Shown here: piece by piece, positions 38,820-48,640 of the stretch
Position numbering within the stretch: the stretch's first letter is position 1
Layout of the letters: the number at the start of each line of letters is the position of its first letter
IMG/VR virus record: IMGVR_UViG_3300027782_003987
Location: 27,069 to 91,068 of that record
Origin: a virus
Taxonomy: Duplodnaviria; Heunggongvirae; Uroviricota; Caudoviricetes
DNA: 64,000 nucleotides
Reading direction: 5' to 3' (one strand)
Translations under genes and position numbers: made by a program
Notes under the pieces: generated by a model
Seen by the model: only the letters and a program-made list of their open reading frames with translations
What the model was told of the DNA's origin: nothing
Databases searched by the model: none

Positions 38820-39931
38820 GCAAAGAACTCCTTGACACTATTAGCAACATGATCAAGTTGATCTTGAGTCATGCTATACCAACAAGGCAGGCTCAGTATT
38901 TCTTTCACTGTGGTCTCTGCTACTGGGCATGGAGAATACCATGCTTGATATGCCGGTTGTTGATGTGTGGTAGTGGCATAATGCACATTGGTCTGGATAC
39001 CACGATCCGCTAAAAACTGTTTCAATGCATCTCTCTGCGGTGTTTGTATCACATATACATAATGTCCTTGGCCCACACGTGGATCTCGATGTATGGTTTT
39101 AACAATATCACTTAGTCTTTCATCATACCATGAGCAGATCGCTCGCTTTCGATTGATCCAATGCACCAGTTTGGGCAACTTGGCCAGCACAATGTTGCTT
39201 TGCATGTTGTCAATTCTAGCATTGTATCCCAGTTCTACTATGTCATAGCGTCCTGTGCGACCGTGATCTCGATACATACGCACCCGGTCCATGAGTTCTC
39301 TACTGCCGGTCACACAACCGGCATCGCCCATGGCACCAAGATTCTTCACCGGGTTAAAACTAAAGCAGGTAAGATCAGCTATACTTCCAATCTGTTGACC
39401 ACGCCATTGTGTTCCTAGACTGTGAGCAGCATCTTCAATCATCACTAGATCGTTTAATACGCAGATCTCTTTTATGCGATCCAGATCCGGACATTGCCCA
39501 TACATGTCTACCCAAAGAACTGCTCGTGTTCTAGAGGTAATCTTTGATAGCATTAGGTGCAGGTCCATGAGATGCGTGGCAGGATCAATGTCCACAAACA
39601 CAGGTCGGGCACCCACCATAACAATGGCTTCTGTGGTGGCCACAAAGGTGTGTGGAGTGGTCAATACTTCGTGTCCTGGACCAATACCGGCTGCCCGTAA
39701 TGCACAGATTAGGGCCATGGTTCCTGATCCTGTGCTGGCACAATCTTCAGCACCAACATATTCGGCCATTGCTGCTTCAAACACAGTGACATCAGGACCT
39801 GTGATGTAGCTGCTACTGGCGATAGTTTTTTCTATGGCCTGATCTATCTCTGTTTTACAATCGAGATACTGTTGTTGTAAATTTGTAAATGATATGTTCA
39901 TAATTTCCAATACGGACTGGTAGTGAACCAC
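38816..39931 (-). CDS. DegT/DnrJ/EryC1/StrS-family PLP-dependent sugar aminotransferase
   Basis: Fold-type I sugar aminotransferase pattern (...FSFNPVKNLGAMGDAGCVTG...) and 371 aa length. Confidence 0.65.
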   Translation of the reverse strand: MVHYQSVLEIMNISFTNLQQQYLDCKTEIDQAIEKTIASSSYITGPDVTVFEAAMAEYVGAEDCASTGSGTMALICALRAAGIGPGHEVLTTPHTFVATTEAIVMVGARPVFVDIDPATHLMDLHLMLSKITSRTRAVLWVDMYGQCPDLDRIKEICVLNDLVMIEDAAHSLGTQWRGQQIGSIADLTCFSFNPVKNLGAMGDAGCVTGSRELMDRVRMYRDHGRTGRYDIVELGYNARIDNMQSNIVLAKLPKLVHWINRKRAICSWYDERLSDIVKTIHRDPRVGQGHYVYVIQTPQRDALKQFLADRGIQTNVHYATTTHQQPAYQAWYSPCPVAETTVKEILSLPCWYSMTQDQLDHVANSVKEFFA

Positions 39932-40863
39932 TTGTAGTAATTCTCAAATCCTTCTGCTACATCAACTTTTGGATCATAGCCTAACACAGCTCTAGCACGA
40001 TCTATGTTCAACGCACCACGGCTTGGAAAGTCAGCATCCTTGTCGCGTAGTTCAATCGAGCCTTGCCCCACGAGCTCAACGATCATGCCAGCAGCCTGTA
40101 GTAGACTCACGCTGTGACTTTTTGTAATGTTGAATGTTCGGCACTCACCCACAAATCTCGTAGCAGCGGCCACGATACCATCAGCAGCGTCATCCACATA
40201 GGTGAAGTCTAGGGTTTCACTAGATCCGTTGACCCGGAGCACTCCGCCGCGCATTGCTGCGAGCATGAATTTGGAGACGACTCGGTCTTCAACATCAAGT
40301 GGCCCATAAACAGCACTGGGACGGATAATAACGTGATCAAAACAACCACGGCGAGTATAATCTTTGACAAGTTCTTCTCCTGCTAGTTTCATTATGCCGT
40401 ACTGACCTTGTGGCCTACATACAGCGTCTTCGGTGACATCATCTTTGAAGTCACCATACACCATTGAGCTGGAAATATACACAACTCGGTTTACTTTGTG
40501 TTTTTTGGCACTCTCAAGCACATTGATCAAGCCTTCCATCATCACTCTAGATCCCCATGCAGGGTCGGCATTCACAACCTTCTGTCGTGGAAAGCTGGCC
40601 ATATGGATCACTACATCGGGCTGCTCTATCTCAAATATGTCGTCGATTGATTCTCTATCACAGATATCTCGATTATACAAGTGCGATGGTGATAACTGGA
40701 TCTTCTTCAGTCTTTCCACCATCAAGTAGTCAAGTTCTGATTGTGGAATCATTCCGTATGTGGTACGATTATCAATTATGGATGCTGTGTGGCCTTGCTC
40801 TTGTAGTCGTTTGACCACATTGTGCCCGATCAGACCTAGCCCGCCTGTTACTAGAATTTTCAT
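39898..40863 (-). CDS. NAD-dependent sugar epimerase/dehydratase
   Basis: MKILVTGGLGLIGHNVVKRL Rossmann motif. Start at 40863 is preceded by a GGGAGGGAAG SD; the listed ORF is extended upstream. Confidence 0.7.
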   Translation of the reverse strand: MKILVTGGLGLIGHNVVKRLQEQGHTASIIDNRTTYGMIPQSELDYLMVERLKKIQLSPSHLYNRDICDRESIDDIFEIEQPDVVIHMASFPRQKVVNADPAWGSRVMMEGLINVLESAKKHKVNRVVYISSSMVYGDFKDDVTEDAVCRPQGQYGIMKLAGEELVKDYTRRGCFDHVIIRPSAVYGPLDVEDRVVSKFMLAAMRGGVLRVNGSSETLDFTYVDDAADGIVAAATRFVGECRTFNITKSHSVSLLQAAGMIVELVGQGSIELRDKDADFPSRGALNIDRARAVLGYDPKVDVAEGFENYYKWFTTSPYWKL

Positions 40864-41132
40864 CTTCCCTCCCATTTCAGTTTGTAGAACATATACACCT
40901 GTTCGTCCATCACGGTAAATTTCCCCTCGTAATGATCCCAATGGCGACCATTTAGATATTGCCCACGCGGTCCGTAAGTGTTCCGTAACCACTGATGCAC
41001 TTCGTCCTTGAGATGTCCTTGTATCCTATACACCAGTATAGGCACAAATTCTGTGCCGTTCCATACCAGTTTTCTTACAGTGCGGTATGGGACTTCTACT
41101 GCGTCTATGTATTCAATTTGTGGTGCGAACAT
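40860..41132 (-). CDS. hypothetical protein
   Basis: ATGA coupling to the epimerase gene. Confidence 0.45.
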   Translation of the reverse strand: MFAPQIEYIDAVEVPYRTVRKLVWNGTEFVPILVYRIQGHLKDEVHQWLRNTYGPRGQYLNGRHWDHYEGKFTVMDEQVYMFYKLKWEGR

Positions 41133-41460
41133 ATTTCAGCGTGTAAAAAGTTTGATCAGATTCTTTCATGCGGGCCACAATAGCAAACTGATATCCATAG
41201 TCCATTGGATCCATGTGCCGCACCCACCAAGGAGATTCCATGGCATGTTCCATCACAAACTTGCCTGCCTCAGTCTGTTGCCACGCATGTATGGGTTGGG
41301 CAGCATATAGCACAGGATCTTCAACATCTCCCATGCGGAATCTATGCACCACCATGTCCGAAACTTTCACTACTTGACCATTGATGATCATGTGTTCCGG
41401 ACCTTTGGCGTGTTGGTTGTATTCTCGTTCTCGAGATAAATCTCTAAGTAGTTTAGCCAT
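41113..41460 (-). CDS. hypothetical protein
   Basis: 115-aa ORF. Confidence 0.45.
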   Translation of the reverse strand: MAKLLRDLSREREYNQHAKGPEHMIINGQVVKVSDMVVHRFRMGDVEDPVLYAAQPIHAWQQTEAGKFVMEHAMESPWWVRHMDPMDYGYQFAIVARMKESDQTFYTLKYVRTTN

Positions 41461-41483
41461 ACGCTAGTATAGCAGGTTGACTT

Positions 41484-42152
41484 CTACTTTGCAACCAAGT
41501 CTGCTGCCATTGGGAAAATTCGTGCTATAACTTGAGCACAGGCCACAGCAACTTCTTGATGTTCCTTTTGTGTGCCATTGGCAGATCTTAGTTCAATGAA
41601 ATGGATCCATGATCTAAGTGTGCCATTCATGTATAGTTTGCTAACCGTGTTGCCTTCGGGCAGGATGGAACGGGCTTGTTCTTTGGCAATGCCCAGTTCA
41701 ATAGCACGGGCATAATGCTTCCGGGCAAGATCAATAATCTCTTGTTGGGCACTATCCCACCACAATGCAAGATCTTCGTCGCTAGTCTCTATGCTGTTTT
41801 GTCTATTTTTGGTGTCTTGGAGTCTAGCAGCCCGCAATACGAAACTGAGATCCTTTGTTGGGTCAGCGTAGCGTTGGCTGAACTCTTGGAATGAGAAACT
41901 TCTGTGCCGTAGTATTTGGCGGGCAATGTCTCTTGTGGTAGTGATTTCCAAGCAGGCTGAGACCATTTCCAATGGTGACCAGTGTTGGTGTTTGACCAAG
42001 TATCGGATGAGTTTTTCTGATGTTTCTGTATTGAGCTGATTGCTGGGATTGCTGACACGGGCGCAATACGCGATGAGTTCTTGAGCATCGTGGATGCCCA
42101 GTTCTGCAAATTCTGGAGTTGGTTGGCTGTGACTAAGTAATTTAACATTCAT
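41484..42152 (-). CDS. thyX: FAD-dependent thymidylate synthase ThyX
   Basis: ThyX signature RHRSFSFQEFSQRY (RHRx7S motif); 222 aa. Confidence 0.85.
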   Translation of the reverse strand: MNVKLLSHSQPTPEFAELGIHDAQELIAYCARVSNPSNQLNTETSEKLIRYLVKHQHWSPLEMVSACLEITTTRDIARQILRHRSFSFQEFSQRYADPTKDLSFVLRAARLQDTKNRQNSIETSDEDLALWWDSAQQEIIDLARKHYARAIELGIAKEQARSILPEGNTVSKLYMNGTLRSWIHFIELRSANGTQKEHQEVAVACAQVIARIFPMAADLVAK

Positions 42153-42451
42153 AAACTTTTCAATAATTTGTCTGTAGCTGGTTGTATGATTCCGGCCACG
42201 GTGTTGACGTCTAAAATAAAATCAATATTGTTTACTGATTCACCCAGGATATGGAGATTCCTATTCATAATCTCTTCAATCTCGTCGTCATCGAGTCCGT
42301 CTCTTCGTAGTCTAGCAAGGTTGATGGTCTTTTGTTTGCCCCCGGCAATCTTTATCACCATCTTGTTGATACATTTTAACGGAACTTGAGTCTTCTCGAC
42401 TTCAGAAATTATGTGATCCCACTTGGCAAGAAACTCTTCACTCAGTGGCAT
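42149..42451 (-). CDS. hypothetical protein
   Basis: 100-aa ORF coupled to thyX. Confidence 0.45.
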   Translation of the reverse strand: MPLSEEFLAKWDHIISEVEKTQVPLKCINKMVIKIAGGKQKTINLARLRRDGLDDDEIEEIMNRNLHILGESVNNIDFILDVNTVAGIIQPATDKLLKSL

Positions 42452-43196
42452 GAGCAGCAGCCTTAGCCTTGGCCGGGCGGCCTCGTTTTACTGCGGGAGC
42501 CTTAGGTGCTTCTGTTTCCACCTGTGGAATTGGTGCCATTTTAGGCAAGTCCATCATCTTCACACCGGGAAACATTCTCTCTGCTTCTTTCTTCATCCTT
42601 GCTGCTTCATTGATCAAAGAAGTAGCTTCGTTGTGCATTTTCACGGCCTGTGTAAGCATGTTAGCAGCGATAGCGCGATCATCTAAAGCACCATCTGTGG
42701 GTGCCGAAGTGTATCCTGCTTCTACTTTACTACGAGGAGATTGTTGTCCGGCTTTGTAAGCGGCTTCTGCGGCCCGCTTGGTCTTAGGATCAACCATGCC
42801 GCGAGCTGAATCTAATTCGGCCATCTTACGAACAGCATCTTCGCCTTTCTTCATTTCGTTGAGGATCTTGTTGAGTTCGCTGAGACGAACATTAGATTGC
42901 AAGGTGGGTGTCATCAAGATCTGTTCAGTCTGCACACGCTTCATCAGGCGTTCGGTGTGCAGGGTCTGCAACATGTTACGACCGTCTGGGAAGATATTGC
43001 GATTCAAAGCATCAGCAAACTCTTCGGCACTTTGTCCTACTGGGCTCTCCAATACCTTCATCAAGGGATCGTGCAAGTTGATGGGCAACAGATCTGGATA
43101 GATGCACAAACACATGTGATCGTCCCCGGGAATCTGTCTAAAGATCACTGCCACTTTACGGTCGGCGTGTTTACCAATGTGTTTCAAAAATGCCAT
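42438..43196 (-). CDS. hypothetical protein with a basic AT-hook-like C-terminus (KRGRPAKAK)
   Basis: 252-aa ORF. Confidence 0.5.
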   Translation of the reverse strand: MAFLKHIGKHADRKVAVIFRQIPGDDHMCLCIYPDLLPINLHDPLMKVLESPVGQSAEEFADALNRNIFPDGRNMLQTLHTERLMKRVQTEQILMTPTLQSNVRLSELNKILNEMKKGEDAVRKMAELDSARGMVDPKTKRAAEAAYKAGQQSPRSKVEAGYTSAPTDGALDDRAIAANMLTQAVKMHNEATSLINEAARMKKEAERMFPGVKMMDLPKMAPIPQVETEAPKAPAVKRGRPAKAKAAAHATE

Positions 43197-43197
43197 A

Positions 43198-43455
43198 TTA
43201 TTCTCCTTGAGTTTCTGGCGCGGTAGCTGATTCTGGCACTCCAGCCTCAGCTTGCTTTTCTGCTTCAGCCTGTGCTACAGCAGCCTTGATAAACTGATCC
43301 AGTTTTTCAAATAAGGTTCCAACCTGCTTGGCCTCAGCACCACTGAAGGCGCCACGCTTGCAAGCAAGGTCGATCACATCGCGTGTGAGAGCGATGTCGG
43401 TGATTGTGAGTTGAGTGTCGGTATTTTCCATACAGATATTTACAAAAGAAAACAC
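43198..43455 (-). CDS. hypothetical acidic protein
   Basis: 85-aa ORF. Confidence 0.4.
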   Translation of the reverse strand: MFSFVNICMENTDTQLTITDIALTRDVIDLACKRGAFSGAEAKQVGTLFEKLDQFIKAAVAQAEAEKQAEAGVPESATAPETQGE

Positions 43456-43499
43456 CCTGAGATAAATTTCTCAGGGTGTTTCGGACAAACTCGTTGAGT

Positions 43500-44822
43500 T
43501 TATTTGTCTGCTTCTTCGTAGTAAGCCCAAGTACCAAACGGTGGCTCAATCGTTGTAGTGCCATGCAAAATCCAAGTGACTTCACAGTAGTTCTCATCAC
43601 CCCATGAACCACCAGGGTAACCGTCTGTGAACACTACCATGCGATGCGGCGTGATGTCGTTTTCTTTGAAATACTCGTAAAAGCATTCAAAGCTGGTGCC
43701 GCCACCTCCTTGCACCTCGTAGTCAACAATACTGTCCAAGTTATCCGAATCGTATTGTTGCGGATTGTATACTTGGGTATCAAACGATATCACATGGATT
43801 TTGTATACAGGAAACGAATCCATAATACCTTGTACTTCACTCAAGATATCCTTGAGCATGCCTTCATCCATACTGCCCGAAGCGTCAATAACAAGAGCAA
43901 CATCGATCATCTCATCGGGCTTCATGCCGGGCATAACTGCATCCATATGCCACCCACGTCGACTGGCTCGCATCCAAGTGTAGTCACTCTTGATAGTGCT
44001 CTCCAAGTTCATACGCAACAGTTCACGCCAGTTCATCTTGGGTTCTGTCATCTCTTTGATAAGACGCTGAACACCTAGTGGAATGTTGCCAGCACCATCT
44101 ACTGTGGCGGCTGCTGCCAGCATGGCTTCCTTGATCTCGTCGCGGATGGCTCTGCGTTCTTCGTCGGAAATCTTGGGACGACCTTTGCCTTTGCCGCTGC
44201 CATCAACTTCTTCACCATCATCTTTACCACCACCTTCGCCCTCGTCGTCACCTTCACCATCCAAGTGCTCGTCGATCATCTGATCCAATAGGTCGCTCAG
44301 ATTGATCTTCTTGACATTCTTCATGAGGTCATCGTAGACCTTTTCAGAACTCCAACCGTTATACTTGCGATCATATAGGCACGGCACTGAAGTGATGAAC
44401 TCGCCTACGCCGTGTTCCTTCAAGTCTGCGTTCACACAGAAGTCGTTAGCGACATTCCAGATCTGCGGTTCGCGATCTCCACGGCGACCAAAGTGATCAT
44501 ATACACAATGCAATACCTCATGTCCAAACAAGAACTCAATCTCTTTGGGCTTGAGCAGTTGGATAAAGCGGGTGTTGTAATAGAAGTTCCTGCCGTCTGT
44601 TGCGGCAGTAGCACACCATTCGTCCGCATTGATCAGTTTCAACCGAGTAGCAAGATTGCCAAAGAAACTGGCCTTGAGCAGCAAGCCCACACGGGCAGTG
44701 ATCAGTTTCTCACGCACTATGCCGTCCAGTTTCATGTCCTTGGGACCCACAAGATCTTTAAACTTGTTGTCTTTGGTATCTGCTGTGGTGCCTTTAGTTG
44801 CCATATGTGTCCTTTGTTTCAA
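43500..44822 (-). CDS. VWA-domain protein with a zinc-metallopeptidase-like HExxH motif (MoxR partner)
   Basis: LFGHEVLHCVYDHF HExxH motif. An Asp/Gly-rich acidic linker and a C-terminal von Willebrand A-like region (DASGSM). Sits beside the MoxR ATPase gene. Confidence 0.6.
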   Translation of the reverse strand: MKQRTHMATKGTTADTKDNKFKDLVGPKDMKLDGIVREKLITARVGLLLKASFFGNLATRLKLINADEWCATAATDGRNFYYNTRFIQLLKPKEIEFLFGHEVLHCVYDHFGRRGDREPQIWNVANDFCVNADLKEHGVGEFITSVPCLYDRKYNGWSSEKVYDDLMKNVKKINLSDLLDQMIDEHLDGEGDDEGEGGGKDDGEEVDGSGKGKGRPKISDEERRAIRDEIKEAMLAAAATVDGAGNIPLGVQRLIKEMTEPKMNWRELLRMNLESTIKSDYTWMRASRRGWHMDAVMPGMKPDEMIDVALVIDASGSMDEGMLKDILSEVQGIMDSFPVYKIHVISFDTQVYNPQQYDSDNLDSIVDYEVQGGGGTSFECFYEYFKENDITPHRMVVFTDGYPGGSWGDENYCEVTWILHGTTTIEPPFGTWAYYEEADK

Positions 44823-44853
44823 TAGTGCAGTATAACTGAGATTGCATTTCTAG

Positions 44854-45057
44854 TCAACCCGCCAAGTCAGCCAGTTTCTCTTCCCAGTAGAACGCATAGT
44901 CCTCTGCTGAATGGGTAATCTGTTTCACCAAGCGTATCTTCTCCCAGCGGTTGGTTTCCAACTTGGCCTGCTCCAAGCGATCGATGATACGCTGGATGTC
45001 GTCGTTCATTCGGGTGTTTAGCATGCTCATATCAACCCCAATCCTTCTTGTCACCAA
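44854..45057 (-). CDS. hypothetical protein
   Basis: 67 aa. Confidence 0.35.
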   Translation of the reverse strand: MVTRRIGVDMSMLNTRMNDDIQRIIDRLEQAKLETNRWEKIRLVKQITHSAEDYAFYWEEKLADLAG

Positions 45058-45265
45058 ACTGTTCGTTGTCGTTGAAGCCTGCGGTGTAGGCTGTGATTTC
45101 AGCGGCAGTCATCTCGGCCATCTCCACACGAGGAGTGATAGAGGTAGCACCTTCGAAGTAGTGCGGGTTGAAACCGCGCTGGTAGTAACTATCTGCGGAT
45201 CCACGGTCATATGGACCACCGTGGCGTGCGTCATAAAGTGCGGTGCGAGGGCGTTCTGCTATCAT
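45032..45265 (-). CDS. hypothetical protein
   Basis: 77 aa, downstream of a conserved promoter. Confidence 0.4.
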   Translation of the reverse strand: MIAERPRTALYDARHGGPYDRGSADSYYQRGFNPHYFEGATSITPRVEMAEMTAAEITAYTAGFNDNEQFGDKKDWG

Positions 45266-45291
45266 CTGGTACTCCTTGTTGCTATGTATGT

Positions 45292-45320
45292 ATTATAGCA
45301 TTTCGAGCAATACCGGTCTA
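45292..45320 (-). promoter_or_regulatory. sigma70-like promoter TAGACC-N17-TATAAT (minus strand)
   Basis: Minus strand reads cggTAGACCggtattgctcgaaatgcTATAATaca. Near-identical to the copy at 48641. Confidence 0.55.
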
Positions 45321-45536
45321 CCGAATTTGCCAACCGAAGTTGCGATTTTCAGTAGATTTCTTTGATCACTTTGTAGTCTGTGTCCGGATACAATGCTTTG
45401 AATTCGTCTGTTTTGACATAGTCATTGAACTCCTTGGCATTGAAAAACACCTTCTTGAAAACGGTGTTATGCTGGTTGATGGGTGTGACTGTGAGGTATA
45501 CGGATTTTGCTTTGCCTGCCATGATGTTTCCTAGTG

Positions 45537-45824
45537 TTAAAGGTATTTAAGTTGAAACCATGTGAGTGCCGAAGTGCTGAAAAAGTCTAGATGCACTTGA
45601 TTTTGAAAATACCAGCGGGGAGTGACGATATCTCCAATGTGGTTCTTATTGACGGTTTGCCAGTTCTGGTGAAGCCGCACAGTGAATCCTAGTTCGCGTC
45701 TCATGACCCATCTCAACAAATGGCTGGGACCATACTCTGCCACGATCTTTTTTTTGATGGGCTCCCAAAGGGACTCGCTATCAAAGATGATAAGATCAGT
45801 TTTTACTGTGATGCCGTTGGTCAT
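45537..45824 (-). CDS. hypothetical protein
   Basis: 95 aa. Confidence 0.4.
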   Translation of the reverse strand: MTNGITVKTDLIIFDSESLWEPIKKKIVAEYGPSHLLRWVMRRELGFTVRLHQNWQTVNKNHIGDIVTPRWYFQNQVHLDFFSTSALTWFQLKYL

Positions 45825-46162
45825 GATTCGTTGGTGAATTTTAACTGGAACCAGGCAACCTCGGGCTCATTGGCATAGATACGGAAGTCTCGGTATTCTG
45901 TGTGATATGCCCAATGTGTGTTTGACTCTGCTGCCTGACTGAGTTGGCGAGCGTCTTTGTCTATCTTGGTCTGGAGGTCTGCTTCTTGACTCCATCCATA
46001 GGTCTCGTTGAACCAGCGACGAGCACGATCAAAATCCAATGCTCCAGTGTTGTAAGTGGGTATACCCAGAGTTCCTAGTCGCCGCTTGGAGAACTCAATC
46101 ATGTGAGAGAACCTCTCATGATGTGAGTGCCGACGATCTAAACGGGTGACTTGATATTGCAT
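45821..46162 (-). CDS. hypothetical protein
   Basis: 113 aa. Confidence 0.4.
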   Translation of the reverse strand: MQYQVTRLDRRHSHHERFSHMIEFSKRRLGTLGIPTYNTGALDFDRARRWFNETYGWSQEADLQTKIDKDARQLSQAAESNTHWAYHTEYRDFRIYANEPEVAWFQLKFTNES

Positions 46163-46195
46163 ATGGAAAACGGGGACCGTAGTCCCCGTCCTTGT

Positions 46196-47281
46196 TTAGC
46201 TCTGTGCTTGGAGCACATACTTTCCAAACTTGCTGTGGAACTCATCAAAGTGCTTGAGCTTGGTAGGCTTGAACGGCAAGTCGTATGTGGTCAATGCAAT
46301 ACGCGAACCCATCACAGTCAACTCAGTCTCAAAGTTCCGCATCATGTAGCTGAGGAAGTTATCAGCCATTTCGTGGAACTTCTTCTCGTCTGTCTTGTTC
46401 TCAACAGCCGCCTTGAGTTCGTAGCACATGGAAATAACCAGGCTATACATAGCACTGACTTCTTTCACATTCAAGTCCTTGACCTTGCCACTCAAGATGT
46501 CTTCGGGCTTGGGCATGCGTCCAGCAACCTTGCGGTGTGCCATGAACTTCACTGCCAAGCCTTCGCCCACAGTGCCCGCTACCAAGTTGGTAGTGGTGTC
46601 GGTGTCGCTGTCTTCGTCGTCCAACAGTTGGCTAACGAATGTCCACGAACGCGGAGTAGCGAACGCACGGCTAGCGGTCTTGGCATCAAAGTCGTAAAGG
46701 TCTTGCTTGGCAAAGCTCAAGTAGCCCACCACGTCTTTGTGGATGTTGTTGAGCACAGCCCATTCCAACCAACTGGCAAAATCCACTTTCATTTCTTGGT
46801 GGATGAAACGATTTGCCAACGGAGTAGGCATACGATAGGTCACACCCTTGTCGCTTTCGCGGTTACCTGCGGCAACCATTACAACGTTCTTAGGCAGCAC
46901 ATACTTGCCAATGCGACGGTTCAAGATCAACTGATAAGCAGCGGCTTGAACACTAGCCGCGGCACTGTTCAGTTCGTCCAAGAACAGCACAACGATAGGA
47001 TATTGGCTGGCCAGTTCGTCGTCGGGCAGTTCCACAGGAGGTGCCCAGTCCATCTTGCCAATCTCTTTGTTGTAGAACGGGATACCGCGGATGTCAGTGG
47101 GTTCCATCTGACCCAAACGCAGGTCGATCATGTAGCCGTTGAGTTCCTTGGTGATACCTTCCACTAATTCGCTCTTGCCAATGCCGGGAGGGCCCCACAG
47201 GAACAGCGGGCGTTGGGCTTTGAATGCCTTAAGCAGACTCTTGTGTGCTTGGCGCGAAGTAACGGTGCGTGAATCGCTCAT
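46196..47281 (-). CDS. MoxR/CbbQ-family AAA+ ATPase (phage CobS-like)
   Basis: Walker A LFLWGPPGIGKSEL; 361 aa; paired with the VWA gene. Confidence 0.75.
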   Translation of the reverse strand: MSDSRTVTSRQAHKSLLKAFKAQRPLFLWGPPGIGKSELVEGITKELNGYMIDLRLGQMEPTDIRGIPFYNKEIGKMDWAPPVELPDDELASQYPIVVLFLDELNSAAASVQAAAYQLILNRRIGKYVLPKNVVMVAAGNRESDKGVTYRMPTPLANRFIHQEMKVDFASWLEWAVLNNIHKDVVGYLSFAKQDLYDFDAKTASRAFATPRSWTFVSQLLDDEDSDTDTTTNLVAGTVGEGLAVKFMAHRKVAGRMPKPEDILSGKVKDLNVKEVSAMYSLVISMCYELKAAVENKTDEKKFHEMADNFLSYMMRNFETELTVMGSRIALTTYDLPFKPTKLKHFDEFHSKFGKYVLQAQS

Positions 47282-47311
47282 ATCGGAGACCTTTCTGTTG
47301 TTGATGAGTGT

Positions 47312-47340
47312 ATTGTAAGTGATCTTGAATTTCTTGTCAA
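47312..47340 (-). promoter_or_regulatory. sigma70-like promoter TTGACA-N17-TACAAT for the MoxR gene
   Basis: Minus strand reads TTGACAagaaattcaagatcactTACAAT. Confidence 0.5.
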
Positions 47341-47807
47341 ACAGTTTCTTTCGCCAACTGCTCGCTCAGGACATACAGGGTGTCAGGAATCATGCCTTCC
47401 ACAGCATACCGACTACCGCAATACCACACACCATCTCGCATGATGTAAAAGTATTCAGCACCAGTGCCTTCTACCAGTTCCAAGAACTCGTCGAAGCTTT
47501 GGCTTACTTGGAAGTCCACATCTTTCTCTTCGCGATCGCGACCGTAGAAGGTAGTCCACTTGTTCTCGCGGGCGCGGTCATACAAGACTTTGGCTTCTTC
47601 GCCCGAGTAGCCGTCGAAGGGATGCTTCTCGCCAATCTGCTCATCCAGGCTGCTCATGTCGCCCAATGCCACAAGATGGTTGGCTTTGGAACTGTCATAG
47701 TGATCTTGCAGTATCTTGCCATTGTGCGACAGATAGCCGTCCCAATGACAGTAAACACTTTTGCACTTGTCTCCATGCATGACGCCAATGCGGCTACGAG
47801 TTCCCAT
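47337..47807 (-). CDS. hypothetical protein
   Basis: 156 aa. Confidence 0.45.
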   Translation of the reverse strand: MGTRSRIGVMHGDKCKSVYCHWDGYLSHNGKILQDHYDSSKANHLVALGDMSSLDEQIGEKHPFDGYSGEEAKVLYDRARENKWTTFYGRDREEKDVDFQVSQSFDEFLELVEGTGAEYFYIMRDGVWYCGSRYAVEGMIPDTLYVLSEQLAKETV

Positions 47808-47849
47808 ATTAGACTCCAGAGTTGGTTGGTGATGTGTGTATTATAGCAG

Positions 47850-47878
47850 TTCGCGGATTAGTGGTCAACCGAATTTTG
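47850..47878 (-). promoter_or_regulatory. sigma70-like promoter TTGACC-N17-TATAAT
   Basis: Minus strand reads TTGACCactaatccgcgaactgcTATAATacac. Shares the downstream TATAATACAC box with the other copies. Confidence 0.5.
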
Positions 47879-48079
47879 ATTGCCAAACAAGGTTTCATAT
47901 ACTGCTTCGCGCACAGCGGTGTCTATGGCTTCTTCGTAGGCTTCTTCTAAACAGATAGCCTCCAGCATGTCATGCACCGTTTGCCATGACAGTTGGTGCT
48001 TGCGGGCCATCTCAACGATGGAATCAACTGCCGAGTTACCGGCGTCAGTATACATGCCATAATCTTGTGTTGCGATCAT
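47858..48079 (-). CDS. hypothetical protein
   Basis: 73 aa. Confidence 0.35.
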   Translation of the reverse strand: MIATQDYGMYTDAGNSAVDSIVEMARKHQLSWQTVHDMLEAICLEEAYEEAIDTAVREAVYETLFGNQNSVDH

Positions 48080-48089
48080 CTTGTGCTCC

Positions 48090-48329
48090 TTAACCTAAAA
48101 CTACCACACGGCGAGTACCTTCGAAGTCGCCTTCTTCTTCGTACATCTCGTCCTCGTCCATCAACCGGTCCATGCGGTGGTAGTCGCTATACTTCACCAG
48201 TCCCTCGTCTACCGTGTCCACAGTAGGGGCCACTTGGGTGCTCCAGTGGTCGCCGTAGTTATAACTCAAGTGGACTTCGGCGTTAGGGTCCAGGTCCATC
48301 AAACGCTCGATCAGTTGGAAAACTTGCAT
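48090..48329 (-). CDS. hypothetical acidic protein
   Basis: 79 aa. Confidence 0.35.
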   Translation of the reverse strand: MQVFQLIERLMDLDPNAEVHLSYNYGDHWSTQVAPTVDTVDEGLVKYSDYHRMDRLMDEDEMYEEEGDFEGTRRVVVLG

Positions 48330-48331
48330 GA

Positions 48332-48634
48332 TTATTCACCGTCCTTCATAACATATTCAAACAGGATCCACTTGGCACGATTCAGGCATTGACGGGCATC
48401 TTCGGCTCGCATGCTATCAACTTCGCCGTATTCGGTGTTGATCATCTCCTGGGCATCGCTCATGAGGCTTGCAGCCATCATAGCAGGACCAGAGAAGCGA
48501 AAAGTGATTGAGGATTCTACCGATTCACGCATGCCTGCTTCAGTCACGCCATACATGCGGACTTCACGCTTTTGTTTCTCGGTGAGTGCTTGGTAAGTTG
48601 CTGTAGACACTTGGGGCTCCTTTTTGCTGAACAT
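48332..48634 (-). CDS. hypothetical protein
   Basis: 100 aa, downstream of a conserved promoter. Confidence 0.4.
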   Translation of the reverse strand: MFSKKEPQVSTATYQALTEKQKREVRMYGVTEAGMRESVESSITFRFSGPAMMAASLMSDAQEMINTEYGEVDSMRAEDARQCLNRAKWILFEYVMKDGE

Positions 48635-48640
48635 GCGTGT

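Noticed and set aside
46151-47167. 338-aa plus-strand ORF overlapping the MoxR gene.
   Set aside because: It is antisense to a well-supported AAA+ ATPase ORF (Walker A and conserved motifs) and has an unusual His/Val-rich composition.
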